In this document: piece by piece, positions 44,476 through 61,400 of the stretch
Position numbering within the stretch: the stretch's first letter is position 1
Layout of the letters: each line of letters begins with the position of its first letter
Assembly (NCBI RefSeq): GCF_009914755.1
Contig: NC_060938.1
DNA from: the human T2T-CHM13v2.0 reference genome, Homo sapiens
Strand: one strand, 5' to 3'
Length of the DNA: 64,000 nucleotides
Notes under the pieces: model-generated
The model's input: the letters and a program-made list of their open reading frames with translations, nothing else
What the model was told of the DNA's origin: nothing
The model's database searches: none
Made by a program: the position numbers and the translations under genes

Positions 44476-44765
44476 CCCTTAGCAGCAAGTCCCACTTTTC
44501 TAGGGGAGGGGCAAGTACCCCAACCCCTACTCTCTGTGTCTCTACCCCTTCTCCGCCTTTCTGGGGGGCAAGAAACCCCCAACCCCTTCTCCTTCACTCT
44601 TAGTGGCAAGTCCCACTTTTCTAGGGGAGGGGCAAGTACCCCAACCCCTTCTGTGTCGCTACCCCTTCTCCGCCTTTCTGGGAGGAAAAAACCCCCACAA
44701 CCCCTTCTCCTTCCCCCTTAGCAGCAAGTCCCGCTTTTCTGGGGGAGGGGCAAGTACCCCAACCT
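44476..44765 (+). repeat. HERV-H leader tandem repeat (~120 bp unit, ~2.5 copies)
   Basis: cttag(c/t)(a/g)gcaagtccc...ggggaggggcaagtaccccaacc occurs three times. Confidence 0.85.
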
Positions 44766-47700
44766 CATAGCTGTGTGCCCCGATCCCTTATTTCTGCACC
44801 CCCACCTCTAATATCTCTGTGCCCTGATCCCTTATTTCCATGTCCTGACCTTGTATCTCTGCGCCCCGACCCCTTTCCCGCTTTTCTGGAAGGTAAGAAC
44901 CCCCGAACTGCTTCCCTCCATGTCTCTACTCTCCCTTTTCTTTAAACTTGCCTCCTTCACGATAGGCAACCTTCCACCCTCCATTCCTCCTCCTTCTCCC
45001 TTAGCCTGTGTTCTTAAGAACATAAAACCTCTTCAACTCTCGCCTGACCTAAAACCCAAATGCCTTATTTTCTTCTACAATGCTGCTTGACCCCAATACA
45101 AACTCGACAGTAGTTCTAAATGGCCAGAAAACGGCACTTTCGATTTCTCCATCCTACAAGACCTAAATAATTTTTGTTGAAAAATAGGCAAATGGTCTGA
45201 AGTGCCTGACGTCCAGGCATTCTTTTACACATCAGTCCCTCCCTAGCCTCTGTGCCCAGTGCAACTCGTCCCAAATCTTCCTTCTTTCCCTCCCGCCTGT
45301 CCCCTCAGTCCCAACCCCAAGCATCGCTGAGTCTTTCTAATCTTCCTTTTCTACAGACCCATCTGACCTCTCCCCTCCTCCCCAGGCTGCTCCTCGCCAG
45401 GCCGAGCTAGGTCCCAATTCCTCCTCAGCCTCCACTCCTCCACCCTATAATCTTTTTATCACCTCCCCTCCTCACACCTGGTCCCGTTTACAGTTTCATT
45501 CCGTGAGTAGCCCTCCCCTACCTGCCCAGCAATTTCCTCTTAAAAAGGTGGCTGAAGCTAAAGGCATAGTGGAAGTTAATGCTCCTTTTTCTTTATCAGA
45601 CCTCTCCCAAATCAGTGAGTGTTTAAGCTCTTTCATCAAATATGAAAAACCCAGCCCAGTTTATGGCTCGTTCGGCAGCAACCCTGAGATGCTTTACAGC
45701 CCTAGACCCTAAAAGGTCAAAAGGCCGTCTTATTCTCAATATACATTTTATTACCTAATCTGCTCCCGGCATTAAATAAAACTCCAAAAATTAAATTCCG
45801 GCCCTCAAACCCCACAACAGGACTTAATTAACCTCACCTTCAAAGTGTACAATAATGGAGTAGAGGCAGCCAAGTAGCAATGTATTTCTGAGTTGCAATT
45901 CCTTGCCTCCACTGTGAGACAAACCCGTCACATCTCCAGCACACAAGAACTCCAAACGCCTGAACCACAGCTGCCAGGGGTTCCCCCAGAACCTCCTTCC
46001 CCAGGAGCTTGCTACAAGTGCCAGAAATCTGGCCACTAGGCCAAAGAATGCCCACAGCCCAGGATTCCTCCTAAGCCATGTCCCATCTGTGCAGGATCCC
46101 ACTGAAAACTGGACTGTTCAACTCACCTGGCAGCCACTTCCAGAGTCCCTAGAACTCTAGCCCAAGGCTCTCTGACTGACTCCTTCCCAGATCTTCTCAG
46201 CTTAGCAGCTGAAGACTGACACTGCCCGATCACCTCAGAAGCCTACAAGACTATCACAGATGCTCTAGGTAACTCTCACAGTGGAAAGTAAGTCCGTCCC
46301 CTTCTTAATCAATACGGAGGCTACCCACTCCACATTACCTTCTTTTCAAAGGCCTGTTTCCCTTGCCTCCATAACTGTTGTGCTATTGACGGCCAGGCTT
46401 CTAAACCTCTTAAAACTCCCCAACTCTGGCGCCAACTTAGACAATACTCCTTTAAGCACTCCTTTTTAGTTATCCCCACCTGCCCAGTTCCCTTACTAGG
46501 CCGAGACACTTTAACTAAATTATCTGCTTCCCTGACTATTCCTGGGCTACAGCCACACCTCATTGCCACCTTTTCCCCCAGTTCAAAGCCTCCTTCACAT
46601 CCTCCCCTTGTATCTCCCCACCTTAACCCACAAGTATAAGATACCTCTACTCCCTCCTTAGTGACCGATCATGCATCCCTTACCATCTCATTAAAACCTA
46701 ATCACCCTTACCCCGCTCAATGCCAATATCCCATCCCACAGCATGCTTTGAAAGGATTAAAGCCTGTTATCACTCGCCTGCTACAGCATGGCCTTTTAAA
46801 GCCTATGAACTCTTCTTACCATTCCCCCATTTTACCTGTCCTAAAACCAGACAAGCCTTACAAGTTAGTTCAGAATCTGCACCTTATCAACCAAATTGTT
46901 CTGCCTATCCACCCGTGGTGCCAAACCCATACTCAATACCTCCCTCTACTACCCATTATTCTGTTCTAGATCTCAAACATGCTTTCTTTACTATTCCTTT
47001 GCACCCTTCATCCCAGCCTCTCTTTGCTTTCACTTAGACTGACCCTGACACCCATTAGGCTCAGCAAATTACCTCGGCTGTACTGCCGCAAGGCTTCACA
47101 GACAGCCCCCATTACTTCAGTCAAGCCCAAATTTCATCCTCATCTGTTACCTATCTCAGCATAATTCTCATAAAAACACACGTGCTCTCCCTGCTGATAG
47201 CGTCCAATTAATCTCCCAAACCTCAATCCCTTACAAAACAACAACTCCTTTCCTTCCTAGGCATGGTTAGTGCGGTCAGAATTCTTACACAAAAGCCAGG
47301 ACCACACCCTGTAGCCTTTCTGTCCAAACAACTTGACCTTACTGTTTTAGCCTAGCCCTCATGTCTGCGTGCAGCGGCTGCCACTGCTTTAATACTTTTA
47401 GAGGCCCTAAAAATCACAAACTATGCTCAACTCACTCTCTACATTTCTCATAACTTCCAAAATCTATTTTCTTCCTCATACCTGACGCATATACTTTCTG
47501 CTCCCCGGCTCCTTCAGCTGTACTCACTCTTTGTTAAGTCCCACAATTACCATTGTTTCTGGCCCAGACTTCAATCCGGCCTCCCACATTATTCCTGATA
47601 CCACACCATGACTGTATCTCTCTGATCCACCTGACATTCACCCCATTTCCCCATATTTCCTTCTTTCCTGTTCCTCACCCTGATCATGCTTGGTTTATTG

Positions 47701-50087
47701 ATGGCAGTTCCACCAGCCCTCATCACCACACACCAGCAAAGGCAGGCTATGCTATAGTACAAGCCACTAGCCCGCCTCTTAGAACCTCTCATTTTCTTTC
47801 CATCATGGAAATCTATCCTCAAGGAAATAACTTCTCAGTGTTCCATCTGCTATTCTACTACTCCTCAGGGATTATTCAGGCCCCCTCCCTTCCCTACACG
47901 TCAAGCTCAAGGATTTGCCCCCACCCAGGACTGGCAAATTAGCTTTACTCAACATGCCCTGAGTCAGATAATTAAAATACCTCTTAGTCTAGGTAGGCAC
48001 TTTTACTGGATAGGTACAGGCCTTTCCTACAAGGTCTGAGAAGGCCACCGCAGTCATTTCTTCCCTTCTGTCAGACATAATTCCTCAGTTTAGCCTTCCC
48101 ACCTCTATACAGTCTGATAACAGCCCAGCCTTTACTAGTCAAATCAGCCAAGCAGCTTTTCAGGCTCTTAGTATTCAGTGAAACCTTTATATCCCTTACA
48201 GTCCTCTGTCTTCAGGAAAAGTAGAACGGACTAAAAGTCTTTTAAAAACACACCTCACCAAGCTCAGCCACCAACTTAAAAAGGACTGGACAATACTTTT
48301 ACCACTTTCCCTTCTCAAAAGTCAGACCTGTCCTCAGAATGCTACAAAGTACAGCCCATTTGAGCTTCTGTATAGACGCTCCTTTTTATTAGGCCCCAGA
48401 CTCATTTGACGCCAGACCAACTTAAACTGTGCCCCAAAGAAACTTGTCATCCCTACTACCTTCTTTCTAGTCATACTCCTATTCACCGTTCTCAACTACT
48501 CATACATGCCCTGCTCTTGTTTACACTGCCGGTTTACATGGTTTCTCTAAGCCATCACAGCTGGTATCTCCTAGTGCTATCCCCAAACTGCCACTCTTAA
48601 GTCTTGAAGTAAATAAATAATCTTTGCTGGCACGACTATGCTGAATCTCCTTAGGCGCTCTCTAATCAGATGTCCTAGGTCCTCCCAATTCTTAGACCTT
48701 TAATACCTGTTTTTCTCCTTCTCTTATTCCGTTTAGTTTTTCAATTCATACAAAACTGTATCCAGGCCATCACCAATAATTCTAAATGACAAATGTTTCT
48801 TCTAACAGTCCCACAATATCACCCCTTACCACAAAATCTTCCTTCAGCTTAATCTCTCCCACTCTAAGTTCCCACGCCGCCCCTAATCCCGCTCGAAGCA
48901 GCCCTGAGAAACATCGCCCATTCTCTCTCCATACCATCCCCCAAAATGTTCACTGTCCCAACACTTTACCACTATTTTGTTTTATTTTTCTTATTAATAT
49001 GAGAAGACAGGAATCTCAGGCCTCTGAGCCCAAGCTAAGCCATCGTATCCCCTGTGACCTGCATGTACACATCCAGATGGCCAGTTCCTGCCTTAACTGA
49101 TGACATTCCACCACAAAAGAAGTGAAAATGGCCTGTTCCTGCCTTAACTGATGACATTGTCTTGTGAAATTCCTTCTCCTGGCTCATCCTGGCCCAAAAG
49201 CTCCCCTACTGAGCACCTTGTGACCCCCACTCTGCCCGCCAGAGGACAACCCCCTTTGACTGTAATTTTCCTTTATCTACCCAAATCCTATAAAACGGCC
49301 CCACCCTTATCTCCTTTCGCTGACTCTCTTTTTGGACTCAGCCTGCCTGCACCCAGGTGATTAAAAGCTTTATTGCTCACACAAAGCCTGTTTAGTGGTC
49401 TCTTCACATGGACGCGCATGAAACCAAGAAGATGATGAACTAGTTTTCTGAAGTACCAACTTAAATTTTAAATTTTACCATAGGGCTTTGAAAGGGAAAC
49501 CTGGTATGGGAGACAGGCAGGAGGAGCGCAGGGCGTAGAATCTGTGTGTCTTGTTCGAAGGGCCTTCTTAGATCACTTTTCTCAATATCTAGTTGGCATT
49601 GTCGTAACCCACCTGCCCTCCACCTGTTGGTGACTCCCCTTAAGCAGGAGAATTCCACAATGGAAGCTCCATGCCTGGTTTGTTTCAAGATTAGCCTCCA
49701 GGATTTCTTAAGCAAAAGCATAATTAGATAAGCATGCATTGTCAGAGGGGAGTGCCTACAGAGGGAAGGAATGAAGAGGTGAGAGGGGAGGGAAGGAAGA
49801 AGAAAATGGGCACTTTCTAAAGCTGAGGTTCCTGGTTACAAACTCCCCCACTGTCAAATTGTATTCCATCTCTATGGAATAGGGATGGTGTATTCATTCT
49901 TGCTAGTTCCTGCTGAAAAACAGCATAGTTAGGGAGCCATGGAATGGAACCTGTCTTCCTGGAGTTCAAAGTATTCATGAGTCCCTGGGCTTACAGAAGA
50001 GATCTGCTGGAGCATCATAGTGGGTGTGTAACAGCAATACAGCCCACAGCAGAAGAATAAACTTATCTCTATAATCACGGCTAAAGT

Positions 50088-50718
50088 TGTGAGAGGTATT
50101 TGAACCAGAGCAACTCGATCTTGAATAGGGGCTGTGTAAAATAAGGCTGAGACCTACTGGGCTCCATTCCCAGGAAGTTAGGCATTCTTAGTCACAGGAT
50201 GAGATAGGAGGTCAGCACAAGACACAGGTCATAAAGACCTTGCCGATAAAACAGGATGTGGTAAAGAAGCCAGCTAAAACCCACGGCACCCACCAAGACG
50301 GCAGTGAAAGTGACCTCTAGTAGTCCTCGCTGCTCATTATACGTTAATTATAATGCATTAGCATGCTAAAAGACGCTCCCACCAGCCATGACAGTTTACA
50401 AATGCCATGGCAACGTCTGGAAGTTACCCTATATAGTGTAAAAAGGGGAGGGATCCTCAGTTCCAGAAAGTCTCCGCCCCTTTCCCGGAAAACTTATGAA
50501 TAATCCACCCTTTGTTTAGCATATAATCAAGAAATAACTGTAAGTATACTCAGTTGAGCAGCCCATGCTGCTGCTCTGCCTATGAAGTAGCCATTCTTTT
50601 ATTCCTTTACTTTCTTCATAAACTTGCTTTCACTTTATGGACTCGCCCTGAATTCTTTCTTGTGCAAGGTCCAAGAACCCTCTCTTGGGGTCTGGATCAA
50701 GACCCCTTTCCGGTAACA
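50088..50718 (+). mobile_element. MER41B solo LTR
   Basis: tgtgagaggtatttgaaccagagcaact...cctttccggtaaca; retains the GAS-containing block. Confidence 0.85.
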
Positions 50719-51137
50719 AAATTATGAGCAACCTTTTTTTTTCTTCACCAGGAGGGGCCTGTTCTAGATCATGAAGAGGGCCATTGATTTAAGGACATTG
50801 TGGGATCAGACGTAGCATTAATTTGCTTGTGCATGTCTTGCAGCGTTGAGGATGTATTTCCAGAGTTATCTGGAATGTACACACAGCATTCAGTCTTAAT
50901 TATAGTGCACATTCCCCGCTGTCAATTGTACCCAGAGCTTCTGTGGGGATGACAGGTTAGCTAAACATATATATGTGACAGGTTATAGGAGGAGCTACTA
51001 ATATAAATCAAGGCGAATTCATGACGTGTATCAAACAAATATGCATGTAACATGAACATGACCCATGTTCCATTTGGGGTGGAGACTTAACATTTAAATC
51101 TATTACAATTAGGCCCTATACGTCAAAAGTTCTTTTC

Positions 51138-51587
<450 letters not shown>

Positions 51588-54045
51588 TCAGTTCGCATCT
51601 AATGGGGTGCCATGTTTGTAACCAGACCCAGGTATGGCTGCTCACCACTTGAAAGCCAAACATGAGAAGTGAGGGTGGTGGAAGGGAAAATAACCCAGTT
51701 GTAAAAACCAGCTCCACAAGCCTGCTAGCACTTGATTAAAGCCAACTTTTCCTTCCACCAACTCTCACCTCTCATGTCTGGCTTTCTAGCAGTGAGCCGC
51801 TGAACCGGGGTCCGGTTACAACAGCAATAGCTTAAAGTTGAATGGGACTCTTGCTGTCTCTCCTGATGGAAGTTTTTCCCTTGTGGAAACCAGGATCTTT
51901 AGACCCACAGAGTCTAAAGTTGCAAGAGTAAGAAGAGCAAATTCTCCAAGTGAGTCACGGGTAAAGATGGTAAGTGGGGCCACTTCTGCTTCTACTTATT
52001 GGTTCTCAGTTTCATGAATTCCACCCATTGGGGCCACATAACCAAAATAACAGTCATTGATTTAGGGTGTACCCCACATCCTAAGGGATGCTACCCCATC
52101 CTCAAAGAATATTATTTACAAACTGGCATCTCAGCTGTACTTTTAAAGGACCATCCAATTGTACTATCAAGTCACCAGCTTCTACCGTATGTGATAGGAT
52201 CAGTGGGTCCCATGGTCATGTATTTGGTGAATCAGACACATTATAAATCCTTGATGATACTGTTGGCTGAAGCTATGCAAGCAGAAAAGGCAAAACCCAT
52301 ACCTAGAACATGTGTCAATTCTAGTCAAGATAAACAACTGCTCCCATCTAGAGTGGAAGGGGCTCAGCATGAACAACCAGCCATCAGAGGGATGGCTGCC
52401 CTCCTTAAAGGATGGGTATTGTATTGGGGCTCAGCATTGCTTTCTGTTGCACTCAAGTTAAATATTTGGCAGCATCAGTAAGTAGCTAGATCACTCTTGG
52501 TGAATGGAATCTTTTTACACGTTTTCCATGCTGCCACCATAGCTATTCCTCTCATGCACCCAATTTTGCCAGCACAGGAGTGGCCATTGAAGAAGATGGC
52601 TGATGTCAACTAGACTACTACTTGGTTGGACTACTACCAATGATTTGGACTACTTGGTTTTTGAGTGCCTCCTCCACAGCAGATGCTCTCTGGTGAGCGT
52701 TAACTTGCACTCAAAAATCTTTACATTCCATGCCCACTCCTAGAGATCCGTCCATGTGCCTCTACCCCTGTCCCCAGTCTTTTCTTTCTCCTAGGCCCCT
52801 GACCAACTAGCCAAGCCATTTGCTATTCCCGTGACTCCATGTTTTTTTCTGGCCTCTGCTCTCTTTCCACATAACGTGGATGACCTCATAGCCTGATGTT
52901 TGCCTCGCAATGATTTCCCTCATTACTGTCTTAAAGGACCACCAGCACGGGGCTGTATGGCTGCAGTAGTCCGTTAATGGTTTGCAGATACGTATTGAAC
53001 CAACCCATCTTGAGCCAAACTTGGCTTTTTTCCTCCTCCATCAGTTGGTTGTAAGGGATTCACCCCTCACCCCATCGGCCATCTGCGTGAGCTGAGGAAA
53101 AGTTCTTCTGTGACAGTAGTGAATGACACGGGAGGGTCTGCACCACCTGCTCATACAGTCTGCGTAGGCCCTCTGTACCACTTCAATCTCAGGATGGATT
53201 CCTACTAGGCCCCCTCAGACATGTGGCTGAGTGTCTGACAAGTTGTGTGATCAAATACTCTTTACCAAACCCCAGGGGCAAACCAGGAGCTGTTTCCAAA
53301 TAGTATGTAGTTCTCTGTTGCAAATATATAAACCGTAGCATATAGTTCTCTGTTGCCTTACTTCAGAACCCTATGGGTCTACATTGTGATTCTCCAGTTA
53401 GGTTTACCATAAACTCTATATAGCATTTTTTCTCAATCACAGATAATTTGAATACCAGATTGTATGGACCAAGTGACAAGACTGCTTATATCACACCCTG
53501 GACTGGCTGTGGAGCTATTTTCTCCCCTGGGTCCCACTCAATGCTGGTAGCTTTCCATGTGTCTTGGCAAATGGGCCAGAATAATGTTCCCATGAATGGA
53601 CTATGCTGACCTCAGAACCCAGGTTGATTGTATAGGACATGTGATTCCTTTTGAGTCCTTTATTTTGAAGACAATGTCCCAGCAGGCTCCTGAGTCTTGA
53701 TAGCGTTTATCTCCACCAGACTTCCCAATTCTTGCTCATCCAGTCTGATCGACATAATGTCATCAATGTCATGGATTAATGTAATGTTCTGCAGCATGTC
53801 CAGAAGGTTCAGCTTTCTTCAGACTATCTTTTGACAGAGGGCAGAGAATTAACATAACCTTGGGGCAAGGTCATGTTAATGCATAGGGTTATTCACCTCA
53901 CGAATGCAAACTACTTCTGGTCCTCATTTTCTACAGGGGTGGATAAGAATACACTTGCCAGATTGGCTGTATGCCAGGTACCTGATACACTGTTAATTTG
54001 CTCTAGGAAATATACCACATTTGTATGCTTTTTGCAGGGCCTGAC

Positions 54046-54772
54046 TGAAACCCACCTTTGCAAAAATTATAACTGAGGAAATTATGACAGTGAAAGAGAT
54101 CAGACCCAACTGATTCCATCTTGCTTCTAACCTTTAAGCTGTCCTTGTTCATTCCTGGGCATAGACTAAGCTAATCCTGGGAAGGAATTTAGTTTATGAT
54201 TTGACTCTGAAACAAAATTGATACTAGCCTTTCCCCTAAAAAACCTACCTCTTGCCTAGGGACCAGTCTGCCTTTATCGGACTAACAAACCAGCTACAAG
54301 ATTAGAAATTACGGTTTAGGGGTCATGCAGCCTCTGGCTGCAAGAGTCTGAGCCTCCCCAAATTGCTCCTGAGGATAACATCACTATTGTAAAACCTAAG
54401 ATCAGTGCTTGAGGTATTTGGCAGACCCTGTGCTCCCTGGATCAGCTGACATCACCCAGACCAGTAATCTGGCTCAGCCATTTCTGCCATCCCACCCAGA
54501 AACAGAAGACAGCAGGAAAAACTTACTTCCACCCCCTATGATTCCATCTCCAACCTGACCAATCAGCACTCCCCACTTCCTGAGACCCTACCTGCCAAAT
54601 CATCTTAAAAAACTCTGATCCCCAAATGCTCGGAGAGACTGATTTGAGTAATAATAAAACTCCAGTCTCCCACACAGCTCTGTGTGAATTACTCTTTCTC
54701 CGTTGCAATTGCCGTCTTGATAAATTGGCTCTGTCTAGGCAGCGGGCAATGTGCACCTGTTGGGCAGTTGGA
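54046..54772 (+). mobile_element. LTR8 solo LTR
   Basis: tgaaacccacctttgcaaaaattataactgaggaaattatgacagtg; TSD TGAC. Confidence 0.85.
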
Positions 54773-55952
54773 TGACTAGTGATTCAGTTGGAATATGGAG
54801 GCCACCAACCCTCTCCTTTAAGTCTCTTCTAGTCCCCACAGGATATATTAATAGTATTGTTGGTGATTTACCATCTTGACTGGAAGTGGGGAGAAATTTC
54901 ATAGATTTCCACTTGGCCTTCCTTAATGTGGTTGACTAACTAGTTGGTTCACCTAACTGCCAAATATGTCCATTCTGCTTATATGCTTAATGGGAAATAA
55001 CCATGGGACAGTTCTATGACCCAGTGAGCCCACTGCGAGACCTGCACCAGGACCTTCTTAGCTGCTCCCCATAGGGCCTCCTCACCCTCCATTCTCCCTG
55101 GTGGTGGCTTGGGTGTCCAATATCAATTAGCTCAGGCCTTGTGTCTGTGTCCAACCAGTCCTCAAAGTTTCTGGGTATTGCCCTTGGCCCACAGGTCCTG
55201 TGGGGAAGGCTAAATAAAGGTAATCATACCATATACATTGCTGTGGCGTTGCAAGTTTCTGCTGAGGGCCCAGCTCTTCTTTCAGCTACCAAGTTCTAGG
55301 TCTGAAAACTGGCCCAGGTCCAGAAACTAGACAACAGATTGTGACTTTTTATGAGAGTGCCTCCCTCAGCCTCCTTGATTGTGCAGATTGAGTGAGACCC
55401 TTGGTGGCTGCCCACATATCTATCTTGACCTTCAGAGTGCCATGTTCTATTAACAATTGTCATATTCTGTCTGGGCCAGGCTGCTGTGACTGCCACCCCT
55501 TGTTCCTTATTACAGTAATTACATACACCTGGTTTCTGATGCCACGCGCTTCCTGGCCTCTGTTAATTTGAAACCCCATCATCCCGTGGCTATAGGGAAA
55601 GCGAGTTCTATAAGAGCATCTGCTATTCTCAGCCCTGGTCTACAAAGGACAGCCACCACTGAGCTTCTTCAATAATGCTGGTGCCCCTCTCATCAACACA
55701 TTTTTGATCACTTTACTAGTCAAAGTATTCTTTCTAGGCCTCCATCCCATGGAAGGTAATTGGCTGGTGGGTTTTCTCACCTTATATAAAATGCCTGTTT
55801 TATCAAGCCCACTTCTCTGGGCCTTCGGTCCCTTTCTCTATCACTTGCCATGGCAATTCTGACAGTGCTACTTCACTTAGTATGGGCTAGTGCTTTTTCC
55901 CAGCTTCTAGGAATCAACCTAGCAGCATATTTGCATATAGGAGCTTTGACAG

Positions 55953-56736
55953 TGACACGGGAGAGTTCTCTGACCCCCCCCTCGCAGGACGTGCAACAGG
56001 GGTGTGGCTTGTCTGTTTGGCCACAGCCGCTGCTCAAACCCCTTATGGGAGGGGGAGCACACAGACAGGCAGGTGCAGGAGCTGGGGCGAGTGTTTCTGG
56101 GCTGTGGCCCCACAGCAGCATCTAGGGGTGGGCGCCTGTGACCCCTGAAGCCCAAGTGGGCATGTGTTACAGTGCGCTCTTTTAGCTTTGCCATCCACCA
56201 ATGGCTTAAGTGTTAAACAGCTTAGTAGACTCTCTGCCTTTTCACAAGGGCAGAGGGCCAGTGTGACAGCTTTCTGTATCTTGAGCTCTTGTCCAGTGTC
56301 CTGAATCAGGTGACACACAGACTTGGAGGATGGTGAATGTGGGGGTTTTATTGGGTGGTGGAGGTGGCTGTCAGTGGGATGGATGGGGAGCTGGAAAGGG
56401 GATGAAGTAGGAAGGTGATCTTCTCCTGGAGTTTGGCTGTCCTGAGGCTGATTTCCTCTCCAGCGGTCCCCAGCTGAACTCCTCCCAATGTTCCTTCTCT
56501 TCTCTCCTTCTCTGCTGCTCTTCTGTTCATCTGCTCATCTACTCCTGGAGCTGGGGGTTTGGGGTTTATATGGGTACAGGATAAACGGGTGTGGCAGGCT
56601 AAAAGGCAACTTTTGAACATGAAAACAGGAATGCCTGTTCCCATTTAGGGCCATGGGTATCCAGGCTTGAAGGTGGGACCTTTGCCAGGGAACTGCCCTC
56701 TTCTACCCAGTATTTCCCTGTCTCCTGTCCATATCA
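55953..56736 (-). mobile_element. LTR1-family solo LTR
   Basis: The minus strand starts tgatatggacaggagacagggaaatactgggtagaagagggc; near-TSD acag/gcag. Confidence 0.8.
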
Positions 56737-58227
56737 GCAGGATATTCATCTTGTATCATAGAAGAATGTCCTCATATTAATAAACTCTCTATTATCCAAC
56801 TTTATATTCTATTTCTCTAGATTCAGTGCCCTCCAGATCCCACCCCATAAATATCCTCTCTGCTTCTGCCAGTACATGCTGGCTAGGCCCTATAGCGTCT
56901 TTGATGTATAGTCTCCTTCTCCCTCAAGGGACCCAGTACATTCCTGGCCTGGTTGTGTTGTGGCTTGACTGTAGCTTTTAGCCACGCAGGGAGGTGGGGA
57001 TAAGTTATGAAAGGCATGAGGAGTCTTTGAGTTGTCTTCAAGCAGAGGGGTACGGGTCACATCTGCAGGCCAGTGTTTGGAGGACCTGGGGTTTCAAGAA
57101 CCTCAAGTTGAACTGTGATGCAGTTATGACAGAGGCTTCAGCCAATCTCACAGATAGCTCTAGAGCTGCCATGATTCCCATCTCAAGTCTCCCTCCCAGC
57201 TGGGGCCTTGGCATAGTGGACTCATCTAAATGGAGAGTCCAGTCTTCTCTGGAGCTCCATTCACTTCTGAGCCTCAGCTGCTTCTGCCCTCTGGTTGAAG
57301 AAGATCAGGATCTCTTTATATGCTACCAAGGAGGCCTGTTGGACTTCAACACTTTGTCCTCGCAAAGAGTAACTGCCCTTGGCCTTTTGCTGTCTTTCTC
57401 CAGTGCAACCATAGCCCTCAACCTGTGAGGAGTGAAGGAAGCACTTTGGCCAGAGGGAGAAGCTGAACTGCAATGCAGTCACCACAGAGGCCTCAGCCAA
57501 TCCCATAGGAAGTTCTGGGTCTCTGATGGTCCTTCAGAGTTGTCTGGATTTGAGGTACAGGGGCTGGGGCCACCCCGCCAACATTGATTAGTTATAGGAT
57601 GTGGGCTACCCCCAGGAGGAGCTTTAACCTTGGGTGAATCAGTTTCCTTTGGATGGAGGGAAATCCCTGGGGAGGGACTTAACTTTGTGCAGTCAAGGGG
57701 AATGAGCATCTCATCATAAAGGAAAATTTGAGTGGCCGAATGGCACATGGCATGCATTCCATTGACACTGGGAATAAAGAGAGGGGGCTAGGGATAGGAA
57801 AATGATTTCTGGAAGAAGAATCGACAGGATATGCTGACCACAGAGCATCTGAATGAAGATAAGGTTCTCTCATTCAAGAAACATTTAATACCTTCCCTAG
57901 GCTCAGCCCTGTGTGAGATGCAGGTTGTGGACTTGAATGGTTCTTCACCTCAGGGAGCTCAAATTGGAAGCCATATGCCAAAGAAAGAGTGGAGACAGTG
58001 CCAAGATCTCAATATGCTGCAATGTGAATGGGAGGATGTGGCTAAAAAGACAAGACAATCCTTTGTTGTGATGGAGCTTTTCATGAGCTCTGGAGCTCAC
58101 GTTTTCCCTCTCTCTAGAAACACCCAAATCCTTGGCTCAAAACGAGACTTCTTCCTTGAGGACTTTGAAGTATAGTACTAGCATCAGTGCCTACCCTGCT
58201 TCTTGTACCTTCCCTTTACCAATAATC

Positions 58228-58356
58228 ACAGACACACACACACACACACACACGCACGCACACTCACTCTCACACACACACATACTCACACACACACGCA
58301 CACTCTCACACTCACGCAAACTCACACCCACTCTCTCACACACACACACTCACACA
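58228..58356. repeat. Imperfect (CA)n-rich simple repeat
   Basis: Seen directly in the sequence. Confidence 0.9.
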
Positions 58357-58539
58357 GTGAATTGCACTACGTGAGGACTAGAGATGCAAATAGGGACAGT
58401 TGAGAGAATCCCATCGTAGGGAGTGCTTCCAGCCTCACACATGACAGCAATGTGCCCAGGAGTGACTTTTCTTTTTCTGTTTGTGAAGGAAATGAGCACC
58501 CCAGAGTCAGGAAGCCTCCCAAATCTCTGCAAATCAAGT

Positions 58540-60503
<1,964 letters not shown>

Positions 60504-60505
60504 GA

Positions 60506-61400
<895 letters not shown>

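Larger units (their letters stand above)
43622..49423 (+). mobile_element. HERV-H provirus (common ~5.8 kb deleted form), 5' LTR7 43622-44031 and 3' LTR7 49014-49423
   Basis: 5-bp TSD CCAAG, tRNA-His PBS, PPT gagaagacaggaa. Decayed gag zinc knuckles (~46010-46100), protease, RT (VLDLKHAFF), RNase H (WFIDGSS) and integrase (IQSDNSPAF). Confidence 0.96.

Noticed and set aside
44476-44765. Repeat-spacer-like array resembling CRISPR
   Set aside because: The 'spacers' are homologous to each other; this is the HERV-H leader tandem repeat in eukaryotic DNA.
45500-48600. HERV-H gag/pro/pol as functional CDS
   Set aside because: Multiple stops, frameshifts and deletions; the protease active site reads NTEA instead of DTGA.
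51999-52481. 160-aa + strand ORF
   Set aside because: Antisense to a decayed ERVL integrase region, non-ATG start, no recognisable protein.
58132-58403. His/Thr-rich ORFs
   Set aside because: Translation of the (CA)n repeat.
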